46,179 nt of DNA from Candidatus Kappaea frigidicola (lineage in GTDB: Bacteria > Omnitrophota > Gorgyraeia > JAGLLT01): contig JAVCCI010000073.1 of the NCBI GenBank assembly GCA_030765555.1, positions 1 to 46,179 on the forward strand. The letters run 5' to 3'. The notes under the pieces are model-generated. The model was not told the DNA's origin. It worked only from the letters and a program-made list of their open reading frames with translations, and did no database searches. Numbering within the stretch: position 1 is the stretch's first letter; each line of letters starts with the position of its first letter. Position numbers and translations under genes: made by a program. Shown here piece by piece: positions 16,547 to 26,883 of this stretch.

Positions 16547-17338
16547 TATGGTAACTCCTAACTTATTAGCACGATTAATCAATTCCTCTTTATCAATTAG
16601 AAGTGTTTTTTGCGCTTCAATAGCAATAACTTTAATTCTAGATTTTTTTAATATTTTGAGAGTTTTTAGACCTATAACAGGAATATCAAAACGCATATCA
16701 TGATTAGGTTTTGAAACCTTAACTACTACAGCATGAGGCCCACCTAATTTGGCTGCCCTTTTAATAGCTGCATCCGTACCTTCAATTGATTCCACAGCTA
16801 AGATAGCTTTATTCTTTACAACAATAGTCTGACCAACAGCAAGACGAGCCATTTCTTTAGCAATTTTTTTTGCAAATTCAATATCGCCCAACTCATTATC
16901 CGTCGGCTTTCTCTGCGTCAAGAGCCCTTTGGGAGCCAGGCAATCCTTTAATAAAAAAGATGAATCAAGTAGCTTGATATTTCTTACATTTAACTCCATT
17001 GCTAAAGCATCCAATAGAGAGTCACCTCGTTTATCCTTAACTTTTTTTAATATGTCCTTAAGGGCACTGTCCTTTTTCAACCATGGTTTGAATAGATGAA
17101 TTGATCGAATTTGACCAGCCATTATTGCTTCGAAAATACTTTCTTTTTTAAAAATATCAAATAACTTACCAAGCTCACCAATTCTAATCCAATAAATTTT
17201 CGTAACATGCTTTGCAATTTCAATTGAAGTCTCTCCAACAAAAGCTATGGCAATAATGTTTATACCTTGTTGTTTAGCAGCTATAGCAGCCATAATTGGA
17301 AACTTTCCATTACCTGCAATAAGACCCAAGCGATTCAT
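16529..17338 (-). CDS. lpxI: UDP-2,3-diacylglucosamine diphosphatase LpxI (DUF1009 family)
   Basis: MNRLGLIAGNGKFPI... and the C-terminal FDIPVIG are typical of DUF1009/LpxI. It sits directly downstream of lpxA, with a 1-nt TAATG overlap. Confidence 0.85.
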   Translation of the reverse strand: MNRLGLIAGNGKFPIMAAIAAKQQGINIIAIAFVGETSIEIAKHVTKIYWIRIGELGKLFDIFKKESIFEAIMAGQIRSIHLFKPWLKKDSALKDILKKVKDKRGDSLLDALAMELNVRNIKLLDSSFLLKDCLAPKGLLTQRKPTDNELGDIEFAKKIAKEMARLAVGQTIVVKNKAILAVESIEGTDAAIKRAAKLGGPHAVVVKVSKPNHDMRFDIPVIGLKTLKILKKSRIKVIAIEAQKTLLIDKEELINRANKLGVTILAFEV

Positions 17339-18108
17339 TAACTACAGAACCCTCTTTTTGATTTCTTTATAAAACTTGTAAGATGAACTATTTCAGGAGA
17401 TTTCTTAATATCTTTTTGGATGAGTTTTACTGCGTGAGAAGTTGTGAGTTGAGATTTTGTTAAAACTTGTAATGCCTTTTTCAAATCATTCCTAATATTA
17501 GAGGGAATATTGCCTCTTCTTAAACCAACAACATTGAGTCCTTTTGTTTTGGCAGGATGCCCGTCCACCAAAGAATATGGCAAAACGTCCTGCACTATTT
17601 TTGAACAGCCACCGATCATAGCAAAAGTACCTACGCGCGTAAACTGATGCACCGCCGATAAACCACCAACGACCACCTTATCTTCTATCTCAACAAAACC
17701 AGCTAAAGTTCCACAATTTGCGATTATAATATTATTACCTAAAATACATTCATGAGCAACATGACAATAAGCCATTAAAAAATTATTATCACCAATAACT
17801 GTCTTATGTCCCTCTTCTGTGGCAGGATTAATAGTTACATATTCTCTGAAAGTATTATTATCACCTATTTGCAGATAGGTTACTTTATTTTTGTATTTTA
17901 GATCCTGTGGAATTGAACCAATTATACCACCAGTATAAAAACTACAATTTTTACCTATAGTTGTATAACCTGTTACATAACAATTAGCACCGATAACAGT
18001 GTTATCACCTATTTTAACATTTTCCTCTATAATACTGAATGGTCCCACTTTGACGCCTCTACCCAATTCAGCTTTCGGATGTACTAATGCTGTTGAATGA
18101 ATATCCAT
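17338..18108 (-). CDS. lpxA: Acyl-ACP--UDP-GlcNAc O-acyltransferase
   Basis: 256 aa with left-handed beta-helix hexapeptide repeats (IHSTALVHPKAELGRGVKVGPFSII...) and a C-terminal helical domain. Confidence 0.93.
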   Translation of the reverse strand: MDIHSTALVHPKAELGRGVKVGPFSIIEENVKIGDNTVIGANCYVTGYTTIGKNCSFYTGGIIGSIPQDLKYKNKVTYLQIGDNNTFREYVTINPATEEGHKTVIGDNNFLMAYCHVAHECILGNNIIIANCGTLAGFVEIEDKVVVGGLSAVHQFTRVGTFAMIGGCSKIVQDVLPYSLVDGHPAKTKGLNVVGLRRGNIPSNIRNDLKKALQVLTKSQLTTSHAVKLIQKDIKKSPEIVHLTSFIKKSKRGFCS

Positions 18109-18112
18109 TTTT

Positions 18113-19441
18113 TTATGCCTTAACTAAACTAAATCTTAAATCAGCTTCCGAGACTATGTTTCCATCTACTGATGCCTTAGTGCGAACTTGTCCCGTCTTT
18201 GATTTTATTTTTACAATTTCCACTTCAAAAACTAATTGATCTCCAGGAACAACTGTCCTTCTAAATTTAACATTATTCATACTCATAAAATAAGCTATCT
18301 TTCCAGCATTTGATGATTTACTTAAAAGTAAAACTCCAGCAACCTGAGCCATAGCTTCTACAATTAAAACACCTGGCATTATTGGTCGTCCAGGAAAATG
18401 TCCTTCAAAAAAATATTCATTTATAGTTACATTTTTTATACCCACCGCTCGCTTGTCTTCTTCCAATTCAATAATTCTATCTATCAATAGAAATGGGTAG
18501 CGATGAGGCAATATATTCTGGATATCAGTTATATTAAATGGTGGCATTCCTGAAAATACAGCTGGTGATTTAATCCCAGCTTCCTTTGCCTTCTTAATAT
18601 AGCTAAACATCCTTTCAACTAATTTTATATTTAATGAGTGTCCACTTTTTAAAGCTATAATTTTACCTTTAATTGGTTTGCCCAAGAGATACAAATCACC
18701 CATGAGATCTGCAATTTTATGCCGGACAAATTCATTACTAAATCTTAATTTATTACTTATAATGCCTTTTTTGCCAATTACTATAGTGTTTTTATAATTG
18801 GCTCCCTTACCCAAACCCATCTTTTTTAAAGCTTCAACTTCTTCGTTAAGACAAAATGTTCTGGCGGGAGCAATTTCTTTTTCAAAGATTTCCGAGGAAA
18901 TATTTACACTCATAAATTGAGAACTTAAAAGAGGATTTTCATAGCTTAGCGTGTAGGAAACTTCAAAAGAATCATGAGGCAGCAAAACCAAAGAACGATC
19001 GTTTTCTTCTAGCCAGATAGGGATTCTAGGCGTAAAATACTCTTTCTCAGCATTTTGCTCTTTTATGCCAGCTTTTTTTACCAGGTCTGCAAAACCCTGA
19101 GCACTACCATCTAATCCTGGAAGCTCTTCAGAATCTAATTCTACGATAATATTATCAATACCAGTACCGCACAAGGCAGACATAATATGTTCTATGGTAT
19201 GTATTTCAACATCCATGCCATTCTTTTTTATCCCAATTGATGTTCGCCTTAATCTCTTTTTAGGGTCTATAATATTTGAAATATGAGCCTTGACTACAGG
19301 CTTACCCGGCAAATCGACTCTAACAAAGTTAACGCCACTATCTGCCAAAGCAGGCTTAAATTTTGCATTCACTTCCTTGCCTGTGTGAATGCCATATCCG
19401 CTAAAACTTACTTCTTTTTCAATAGTCTTTTGTTTTTCCAT
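18113..19441 (-). CDS. lpxC/fabZ: Bifunctional UDP-3-O-acyl-GlcNAc deacetylase / 3-hydroxyacyl-ACP dehydratase (LpxC-FabZ fusion)
   Basis: The N-terminal ~285 aa are LpxC-like (GYGIHTG...HTIEHIMSAL...). The C-terminal ~145 aa are FabZ hotdog (LPHRYPFLLIDRI...GHFPGRPIMPGVLIVEAMAQ). Confidence 0.93.
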   Translation of the reverse strand: MEKQKTIEKEVSFSGYGIHTGKEVNAKFKPALADSGVNFVRVDLPGKPVVKAHISNIIDPKKRLRRTSIGIKKNGMDVEIHTIEHIMSALCGTGIDNIIVELDSEELPGLDGSAQGFADLVKKAGIKEQNAEKEYFTPRIPIWLEENDRSLVLLPHDSFEVSYTLSYENPLLSSQFMSVNISSEIFEKEIAPARTFCLNEEVEALKKMGLGKGANYKNTIVIGKKGIISNKLRFSNEFVRHKIADLMGDLYLLGKPIKGKIIALKSGHSLNIKLVERMFSYIKKAKEAGIKSPAVFSGMPPFNITDIQNILPHRYPFLLIDRIIELEEDKRAVGIKNVTINEYFFEGHFPGRPIMPGVLIVEAMAQVAGVLLLSKSSNAGKIAYFMSMNNVKFRRTVVPGDQLVFEVEIVKIKSKTGQVRTKASVDGNIVSEADLRFSLVKA

Positions 19442-19490
19442 ACTAATTCAGCCTTTGAAATATTATATTTTATTAATAGAAGAAAACAGC

Positions 19491-20519
19491 CTATTTGCGT
19501 TTTTCCAATTCTTCGATACGATTTTGAAGATCTTTAATAGTCTTCATCATTTCAGGCAGTCTCTGAACGCAAGCATTGACTCTCTTGGCAACATTATGAG
19601 GCTTAGCGGGATAACCGGAAACTTTTGTATTAGGCGGGACTGACTTAGTTACTCCAGCTTGAGCAGCAACAATTGAACCATCGCCGATATTGATATGGCC
19701 TACTACTCCAGATTGGCCGGCCAAAATAACCTCCCTACCAATAACGGTGCTACCAGAAATACCAGCCTGAGCAACGACTATTGAATTCTCTCCGATTATT
19801 ACATTATGAGCTATTTGAACTAAATTATCTATTTTTGTACCTCGACCAACCACAGTTTTATCAAATCTAGCCCTATCAATGGTAACATTAGCACCTATTT
19901 CAACATCGTCCTCAATGGCCACAGTACCAATTTGAGGTATTTTATGATGAACACCTTTAACTGTCGCAAAACCAAAACCATCACTACCTATAACGCTACC
20001 TGAATGAATAATTACTCTATCGCCTATTGTTACTCTTTCTCTAATAGAAACACTAGGATAAATAATGCAATTCTTGCCTATTTTAGCATGATGCCCAAGA
20101 TATACCCCACTATACAAAACAGCATTATCATCTATCTCCGCATAGTCTTCAACAACTACATAAGGCTGAATAGCTACATTCTTACCCAATTTTACGCTAT
20201 TACCAATAATAGCTGTTGAATGTATTCCTTCAGGATGTTTATCTTCATTGGGAGCCAAAAGGGAAACCAATCGAGAGAAAGCTAACGATGGGTTATCAGT
20301 TTTAATAATTGTTTTTGGTCCACTATTTACATCACTTGATGTAATTATAGCTGAAGCATTTGTAGCATCCATTAAATTCATATACTTTGAATTAGCTATA
20401 AAAGTAATATCACCCTTTTTAGCTTCTTTTATTCCTGAAACACCTGTGATATGTATATTCTCATCACCAATAATTGTACCATCAATTAATTTAGCAATTT
20501 CTTTTAGCGTCGTTTTCAT
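19491..20519 (-). CDS. lpxD: UDP-3-O-acylglucosamine N-acyltransferase
   Basis: 342 aa. N-terminal uridine-binding domain ([10 protein letters not shown]...), a long hexapeptide-repeat helix and a C-terminal coiled helix. Confidence 0.93.
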   Translation of the reverse strand: MKTTLKEIAKLIDGTIIGDENIHITGVSGIKEAKKGDITFIANSKYMNLMDATNASAIITSSDVNSGPKTIIKTDNPSLAFSRLVSLLAPNEDKHPEGIHSTAIIGNSVKLGKNVAIQPYVVVEDYAEIDDNAVLYSGVYLGHHAKIGKNCIIYPSVSIRERVTIGDRVIIHSGSVIGSDGFGFATVKGVHHKIPQIGTVAIEDDVEIGANVTIDRARFDKTVVGRGTKIDNLVQIAHNVIIGENSIVVAQAGISGSTVIGREVILAGQSGVVGHINIGDGSIVAAQAGVTKSVPPNTKVSGYPAKPHNVAKRVNACVQRLPEMMKTIKDLQNRIEELEKRK

Positions 20520-20533
20520 ATATATACCTTAGT

Positions 20534-21049
20534 TTACTTACACCTTTTATTAAGCTCATTTAAAACTTTATCAGTCAAGTCATAACCATCCTGACCATAA
20601 AGTATCATCCGTTCATTGAAAATTACAGTATACCCCTCTTCTTCGCCCATTTTTTTTACCAACGCATCAAACTCTTTAATAATTTCTTTAGCCGCATCAT
20701 CTTTTTCTTTGAGTAGCTCTTTGCTAGCTTCTTGATCAAAGGCTTGCAATTCCTTAATTTTTTCATTTATTTGATTTTGTATTTTTTCTTTTTCGGCATC
20801 GCTGGCAATTTCAAATTTGTCTTTAAGTTTTCTTACTTGGGTTACCATTTTATCATGTTCTTTTTGTTTTTTTTCACCTTTTTTTTCTAACTCTTTTTCT
20901 GTTGAAATTGTCTTTTTATAATTGTTAAAAACTTGTACAAAATCAACATAACCGAACTTTATTTCGGCATAAGATACACTCGCAAATAATAACATAAACA
21001 TAATTAATATAACAAAACTAGTTCCTAATATTTTACCTATCTTACCCAT
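20534..21049 (-). CDS. skp: Periplasmic chaperone Skp/OmpH
   Basis: Signal peptide followed by a K/E-rich coiled coil; located between bamA and lpxD. The ATG at 21049 is 7 nt from a GGAGG SD. The track start at 21052 is a TTG. Confidence 0.85.
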   Translation of the reverse strand: MGKIGKILGTSFVILIMFMLLFASVSYAEIKFGYVDFVQVFNNYKKTISTEKELEKKGEKKQKEHDKMVTQVRKLKDKFEIASDAEKEKIQNQINEKIKELQAFDQEASKELLKEKDDAAKEIIKEFDALVKKMGEEEGYTVIFNERMILYGQDGYDLTDKVLNELNKRCK

Positions 21050-21081
21050 CAAACTACCTCCGTCTAGTATTAAAATTGAGT

Positions 21082-23385
21082 TTAAAAACCTCTGCTCATA
21101 CTAAAGTGAAATCTACCCTTTTCATCGCCCGGATCATAGTCGAGCCCATAACCATAATCAACTTTAACCGGACCAATGGGCGTTTTAACTCTGACACCTA
21201 AACCAACTGCAGATTTGAAATCTTTACCAACATCTCCAATGTCAGACCAAACATTTCCTATATCATAAAAAACAGCACCTTTTATATTTTTCATTACTGG
21301 AAAAGTATATTCAAGATTACCTATTAACATTGAATCTCCCCCGATTGGTTCACCGCTTATTTTGGGACCTACATGTCTTTCTTTGTATCCACGAATAGTA
21401 TTAGCACCACCCGCATAAAATCTCTCGTAAATTGGCACCATATTCGTATCATCATATTGATCAGCTAGGCCAGCTCTTAATTTAGTTTCGAATGTGAAAT
21501 TCTCAAAATGAGTAAAAAACCAATCAAGTTCACCCATATATTTCACAAAATCTCTATCTCCCCCAAAAGGCCCACCAGCTATTTCAACAGTATTATCAAT
21601 AACGCCACCAGATTTAGGGTTAAAACTACTGTCTCTTGTATCTCTTACTAGACTAAATTGAAGAGAACTTATCGCATGCTCACCCTCTTCTACCCATACA
21701 TCGGGAAGACTTTCCGGTGTCGCCCAATAAGGAATATCACCAAGCTTAACCTGCTCTAATTTATACATTGTTCCTATATGAATATTATCACTTATTCTTT
21801 TACCTAAGCGTACATCTCCACCTAAACGCTGCAATTCATACAAATTTCTTGAGCGATATCTATTATAAAAATCAAATCCAAATGATATCGGTTTATTAAA
21901 AAGCCAAGGTTCTGTAAAACTTAAATCGTAATATTCTTTATCGCTACCAAATTCTGCTCTGATAGATAATTTTTGACCATCACCCGTAAAAGTGGGCCAG
22001 TTTCTCCAGTCAAAATTACGTTGCTGCAATTCAACAAAACCAATAAGCTTATCTACGGAACTATAACCAGCACCAAAACTAACCTGTCCAGTTTTAGTTT
22101 CCTTCACATTGATAATTAAATCCTTTTTATTAGAAGCTGAACCTGGAGCCGTATCATATGTAATCTCTTCAAAATAACCTAAGTTATTAAGATTTTGCTT
22201 GCTTCTTTTAAGCTGGGCCCCATCAAAAACTCCTCCCGGCTTAATCTTTAACTCTCTTCTTATAACAATATCTTTTGTCTTATCATTACCGCGTATTATA
22301 ACTTTTTCAATATAAGCCAATTCATTCTCAGTTATATTGTAAGTAATATCCATTTGTTGTTTTTGTTTATTAAAAACAACTTCTGGAATTGTTCGCGCTG
22401 AAATATAACCTTTCTCAAAATAAAGTTCATTGATCCCGGCAAGATCGTTTTCAAGCTTATACGGCGTGAAAGTTGAGTCAGACTTCATTTTCAAAGATTC
22501 TTCAATGGTCATTGTGTCAATAACATCATTGCCCGCTATCTTAATCGTACCCACTGTATACTTATCACCTTCATATATGTCCAATACAATCGCCATTGTA
22601 TTCTTATCTTTATCATACTCTACATCATGAGTAATTTCAGCATCCGCGTATCCCTTATCAGCATATAATTGCTTAATAGTTCTAATGTCACTTTTAAATT
22701 TACTGTCATCAAAAAAGCCCGAAGTAAATAACGAATCTCTTTTAGTCTGAATCGATTTTAATATTGTTTTTGTGGCTACAGCCTTATTGCCTCTAACCTT
22801 AATATTAGAAATCCTATATCTGCCACCCTCATCTGCTAGAATAAAAACCCTAGCTTCATTAGTATCTTTATCAACTAGAATCTCTTCTTCAATTATAGCC
22901 AGATGGTAACCTTCTTTAATATAAAAACTTTTTATTTTATCAACATCTTGATTAAGTTGAACATAGTCTAATGGCTGATCAATCTGAGAATCCATCATCC
23001 TACGAAGTCTCTCATCTTTTATCTGTCGATTACCTCTAAAGATGATTTCTTTCAGGAGGGGCTTTTCGGTTACTATATAAGTAATCACAACGCCTCCATC
23101 TTTATCTTGGAGGTCAGCATTGATATCAGTAAAATACCCAGAAGCATACAGATTCTTTATGTCCTCATTTAACTTATCCTGAGAGAACACAGAGCCTATT
23201 TGGGTTTTAACTTTCGAGAGTATAGTGGGCGTACTGATTAGCTTATTATTTACTACCACAACTTCGACAACTAACTTGCCTGCCATATCTTCTTCGGCAA
23301 ATAAATCAGCCCTCATCCCCACTAACACTAGCATCACTAGTATTATAAAAAAAAATTTTTTTTCCATTAATATATAATATATCAT
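21082..23385 (-). CDS. bamA: Outer membrane protein assembly factor BamA
   Basis: 767 aa. Signal peptide, repeated POTRA-like units (...I.GN....), and a C-terminal beta-barrel ending RFHFSMSRGF (aromatic terminal residue). An alternative start is the MEKKFFF Met at 23367. Confidence 0.92.
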   Translation of the reverse strand: MIYYILMEKKFFFIILVMLVLVGMRADLFAEEDMAGKLVVEVVVVNNKLISTPTILSKVKTQIGSVFSQDKLNEDIKNLYASGYFTDINADLQDKDGGVVITYIVTEKPLLKEIIFRGNRQIKDERLRRMMDSQIDQPLDYVQLNQDVDKIKSFYIKEGYHLAIIEEEILVDKDTNEARVFILADEGGRYRISNIKVRGNKAVATKTILKSIQTKRDSLFTSGFFDDSKFKSDIRTIKQLYADKGYADAEITHDVEYDKDKNTMAIVLDIYEGDKYTVGTIKIAGNDVIDTMTIEESLKMKSDSTFTPYKLENDLAGINELYFEKGYISARTIPEVVFNKQKQQMDITYNITENELAYIEKVIIRGNDKTKDIVIRRELKIKPGGVFDGAQLKRSKQNLNNLGYFEEITYDTAPGSASNKKDLIINVKETKTGQVSFGAGYSSVDKLIGFVELQQRNFDWRNWPTFTGDGQKLSIRAEFGSDKEYYDLSFTEPWLFNKPISFGFDFYNRYRSRNLYELQRLGGDVRLGKRISDNIHIGTMYKLEQVKLGDIPYWATPESLPDVWVEEGEHAISSLQFSLVRDTRDSSFNPKSGGVIDNTVEIAGGPFGGDRDFVKYMGELDWFFTHFENFTFETKLRAGLADQYDDTNMVPIYERFYAGGANTIRGYKERHVGPKISGEPIGGDSMLIGNLEYTFPVMKNIKGAVFYDIGNVWSDIGDVGKDFKSAVGLGVRVKTPIGPVKVDYGYGLDYDPGDEKGRFHFSMSRGF

Positions 23386-23447
23386 AGTCTTGCCTAAATG
23401 TAAACTACATATTAAAAGATTTTTATTACGCTAATACGCTACTAAAT

Positions 23448-24809
23448 TTATACATGTTCGCTTTCAGCATAATTCTCAAAACGTGCATACTCTTTGATAA
23501 ACGTGAGAAAGAAGTTGCCTACAGGACCATTTCTCTGCTTGGCCATTATAACCTCTGTCCGACCTTTATTTTCTGGAGAAGGACTGTAATATTCTTCTCT
23601 TAAAAGGAGAGCAACTACATCTGCATCCTGCTCGATAGCCCCAGATTCTCTTAAATCTGAAAGCTGGGGTCTTCTATCAGTTCTTGACTCTACAGCCCTC
23701 GATAATTGACTTACAGCTATAACTGGTACTTCTAATTCTCTAGCTAAAGCCTTGAGGGAGCGTGAAATATCAGAAATTTCCTGCTGCCTACTATCTGAAC
23801 GAGCAGACCCTTGCATTAGCTGTAAATAATCAACCATAATTAATTGAATATCATGCTGTGACTTAAGTCGCCTAGCTTTAGCTCTTAACTGCAAAGCAGA
23901 AATGCTGGGAGTATCATCAATATATATAGGTGCATCTGCCAATACGCTTGCAGCACTCGTAAGTTTCGGCCATTCATTTTTTTCAGAAAGGTAACCAGTT
24001 CTTACTTTTTGAATATCAACTCTTGCATGTGAACAAAGTAATCTTTGCACCAATTGCTCTTTAGACATTTCGAGACTAAATATAGCCACGGGCACAGAGT
24101 CTTTAACTGCCGCGTGTTCAAGCATTCTTAAAGCCAAAGAAGTTTTCCCCATTGAGGGACGCCCTGCTACTACAACTAAATCTGACTTTTGTAAACCAGC
24201 AGTCATAATATCAAAATCAGTTAAACCAGTAGCTACTCCTGTTACATGTGTTTTATTCTGATATAGTTTATCAATAGTTTCAATGCTATTTTTTATAATA
24301 TCTTTTAATGAAATAAAACCAGCCTCAACCTTATGGCTGGTAATATCAAAAATAAGCTTCTCTGCTTTATCGAGAAGCTCATCCACATCCTCAAACTCAT
24401 CACCATAACCATCACTAGCGATTTGGGTCGAGGCATTTATTAGTTTACGTAAAACGCTTTTTTCTTTTACTATTTTAGCGTAATGTTCCACATTGGCTGC
24501 CGTAGGAACCTCGGAAGCCAAAGATGTCAAATAAGCAGGGCCGCCTACTTCATTAAGCAAACCTTGCTTTTTCAATGTTTCCGTTACAATCAAAACATCA
24601 GCTGCCTTATTTTCAGAAAAAAGATCACACATAACAGAAAAGACTCTTCTATTAGCACTACTGTAAAAATCATCTTCTCTTAATATTTCAATAGAGGCTG
24701 ATATTGCCGATTCCTCAATTAACATAGAACCCAAAACAGCTCTCTCTGCTTCTACACTTTGAGGTGGCACCCTCTCCAGAACACTATCTTTAGTTTTTGA
24801 ACCGTTCAT
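23448..24809 (-). CDS. dnaB: Replicative DNA helicase
   Basis: PPQSVEAERAVLGSML N-terminal domain, Walker A GRPSMGKTS, and VDYLQLM...SRSLKALARELEVPVIAVSQLSR. No intein. Confidence 0.95.
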   Translation of the reverse strand: MNGSKTKDSVLERVPPQSVEAERAVLGSMLIEESAISASIEILREDDFYSSANRRVFSVMCDLFSENKAADVLIVTETLKKQGLLNEVGGPAYLTSLASEVPTAANVEHYAKIVKEKSVLRKLINASTQIASDGYGDEFEDVDELLDKAEKLIFDITSHKVEAGFISLKDIIKNSIETIDKLYQNKTHVTGVATGLTDFDIMTAGLQKSDLVVVAGRPSMGKTSLALRMLEHAAVKDSVPVAIFSLEMSKEQLVQRLLCSHARVDIQKVRTGYLSEKNEWPKLTSAASVLADAPIYIDDTPSISALQLRAKARRLKSQHDIQLIMVDYLQLMQGSARSDSRQQEISDISRSLKALARELEVPVIAVSQLSRAVESRTDRRPQLSDLRESGAIEQDADVVALLLREEYYSPSPENKGRTEVIMAKQRNGPVGNFFLTFIKEYARFENYAESEHV

Positions 24810-25252
24810 TATTCCTTAACTACCCAGACTTTAATATTAGCAATAATATCTGGGTAAATTTTTATTGGAATTTGGTATACACCTAATTTTTTAATAGGTT
24901 CTTCAAGTTGAATTTTCTTTTTATCTATTTCAGCAACTTCCTGCTTTATGCAATCAGATATATCTTGGGCCGTTACTGCTCCATAAAGCTTATCATCCAC
25001 TCCTGCTTTACAGGAAATAGTATATGAATGATTTTCAAGTTCAGTTGCAAATATTTTTGCTTCTTCTTTAGATTTAGCTTCTTTTATTTTTTGCTTAGCT
25101 TGTTCTTGTTCCAAATTTTTTAGATTTGAGTTATTAGATTCTACGGCTAAACCTTTAGGAATTAAAAAGTTTCTAGCAAATCCATCTTTGACTTCTTTAA
25201 CTTCACCTCTTAAGCCAATTTTGTCGATATTAGATTTAAGAATGACCTTCAT
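24809..25252 (-). CDS. rplI: 50S ribosomal protein L9
   Basis: MKVILKSNIDKIGLRGEVKEVKDGFARNFLIPKGLA is typical of L9. Confidence 0.95.
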   Translation of the reverse strand: MKVILKSNIDKIGLRGEVKEVKDGFARNFLIPKGLAVESNNSNLKNLEQEQAKQKIKEAKSKEEAKIFATELENHSYTISCKAGVDDKLYGAVTAQDISDCIKQEVAEIDKKKIQLEEPIKKLGVYQIPIKIYPDIIANIKVWVVKE

Positions 25253-25275
25253 ATGTAAACCTTTCGATTGAAAAA

Positions 25276-25518
25276 TTAACGTACTCTACCTATGTATGGC
25301 ACTAAAGCCATAAACCTGGCTCTTTTAACGGCTGTAGCCAGCATGCGCTGATGCTTAGCACAAGCACCCGTTATCCTAGATGGTACAATTTTGCCCCTGT
25401 CAGTCATAAAACTCTGAAGCACATTTACATCTTTATAATCTAAAGTATTAACTTTGTCTTTGCAAAATCTGCAAACTTTTTTCCTGTCAAAATTTTTTTT
25501 AAATCCTCTTTTAATCAT
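25276..25518 (-). CDS. rpsR: 30S ribosomal protein S18
   Basis: 80 aa: CRFC...DYKDV..L..F....GKI.PSRITG.CAKHQR.L..A.KRAR. Confidence 0.95.
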   Translation of the reverse strand: MIKRGFKKNFDRKKVCRFCKDKVNTLDYKDVNVLQSFMTDRGKIVPSRITGACAKHQRMLATAVKRARFMALVPYIGRVR

Positions 25519-25554
25519 TATTCAAAATCTCCTCAGTAAATATCATCAATTTAA

Positions 25555-25980
25555 TTAAAACGGTACTTCCTCATCAGCTGGTGCTACATCATTATCCTGA
25601 TTTTGCATATTATCAACATCATTACCTTGATCATCCTGATTTTTATTAGATCCTTTACCTAAAAACTGCACACGTCTAGCTCTAACTTCAAGAACATTCC
25701 TTTTTTGACCATCTTGCGCTTGCCAAGATCGACTCTGAAGGTTTCCCTCTACGAATAAGGGACTACCTTTGCTCAAATACTGACTACAACTTTCCGCTAG
25801 CTTTCCCCATACAACAACAGTTAAAAAACAAGCAACATCTTTCATTTCACCACTTGAATCTTTATAACGTTCATTCACAGCCAAACGTAAATTAGTAACG
25901 GCTGTCCCACCAGGAACAAATTTCAGCTCTGGATCTCTCGTTAAGTTGCCAATTAAAAAAACACTATTCAAACTAGCCAT
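25555..25980 (-). CDS. ssb: Single-stranded DNA-binding protein
   Basis: OB-fold N-terminus (LNSVFLIGNLTRDPELKF), a Q/N/D-rich linker, and the acidic tip DEEVPF. Confidence 0.95.
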   Translation of the reverse strand: MASLNSVFLIGNLTRDPELKFVPGGTAVTNLRLAVNERYKDSSGEMKDVACFLTVVVWGKLAESCSQYLSKGSPLFVEGNLQSRSWQAQDGQKRNVLEVRARRVQFLGKGSNKNQDDQGNDVDNMQNQDNDVAPADEEVPF

Positions 25981-26265
25981 TTATGCCTCCTTTTTCAAAA
26001 TAAAATGCCTAAGAAGCGTATCATTTAATTTATATATAGTGTTTATTTCAGCGATGGCTTTTGGAGGAGCAGAAAAATTTAGTAAATAATAAAAACCTTC
26101 ACTGTATTTTTTTATCGCATAAGCCATTTGTTTTTTATCCGGACCCTGAGCACTCTCTATTTGACCTTCGCGCTTAGTAATCTCTTCTTTGATAAATTCA
26201 ACAGCTTTATCTTGAGATTCCTTATCAAGATCAGGCCTAATTATAAATAAACCTTCGTAAGTCAC
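25981..26265 (-). CDS. rpsF: 30S ribosomal protein S6
   Basis: 94 aa, YEGLFIIRPDL...; rpsF-ssb-rpsR-rplI order. Confidence 0.93.
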   Translation of the reverse strand: MTYEGLFIIRPDLDKESQDKAVEFIKEEITKREGQIESAQGPDKKQMAYAIKKYSEGFYYLLNFSAPPKAIAEINTIYKLNDTLLRHFILKKEA

Positions 26266-26298
26266 TTAAAAATCCTCCTTTTTTATTGCAATCTGAAA

Positions 26299-26877
26299 TT
26301 AATCTTTTACTTTTTCGTTAAATGAATTCATGCAAGTATCTATATCTTTTTCAAGCCATGCATATACAGCATCTTTGGCCTTGCTAATAGCTGCTTCTAG
26401 TTCAACGTTTGCTTTCTTGCTTGGCTTTGATAATACATATGAAGCCAAGTTGGATCCATCACTCGCCACATCTTTACCTATACCAACTCTTAAACGTGGA
26501 TAATTCTTAGTCGCTAAAACACCAGATATAGATTTTAAACCGTTGTGACCACCGTCGCTACCAATAGACCTTAAGCGAATATTGCCTATAGGTAAATTAA
26601 CATCATCACAAATTATTAAAATATCAGCTAAATCAAGTTGTTTAGCTTCAATAACTGCCTTAACTGCTTGACCACTTAGATTCATAAAAGTAAGCGGTTT
26701 CACTAAAATAATCTGCTCGGTATTTACTTTGCCAATTCCAATTAAAGAATTATAGGAATTCTTTTTTATGGTAATTCTTTCATCGTCGGCTATGGCATCA
26801 ATTACCTTAAACCCTATATTATGCCGCGTATCTTGGTAATCTTTACCTGGATTCCCCAGGCCAACAATGGCTTTCAT
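26299..26877 (-). CDS. pth: Peptidyl-tRNA hydrolase
   Basis: GLGNPG...TRHNIGF...GGHNGLKS motifs. Confidence 0.95.
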   Translation of the reverse strand: MKAIVGLGNPGKDYQDTRHNIGFKVIDAIADDERITIKKNSYNSLIGIGKVNTEQIILVKPLTFMNLSGQAVKAVIEAKQLDLADILIICDDVNLPIGNIRLRSIGSDGGHNGLKSISGVLATKNYPRLRVGIGKDVASDGSNLASYVLSKPSKKANVELEAAISKAKDAVYAWLEKDIDTCMNSFNEKVKD

Positions 26878-26883
26878 AAAAAA

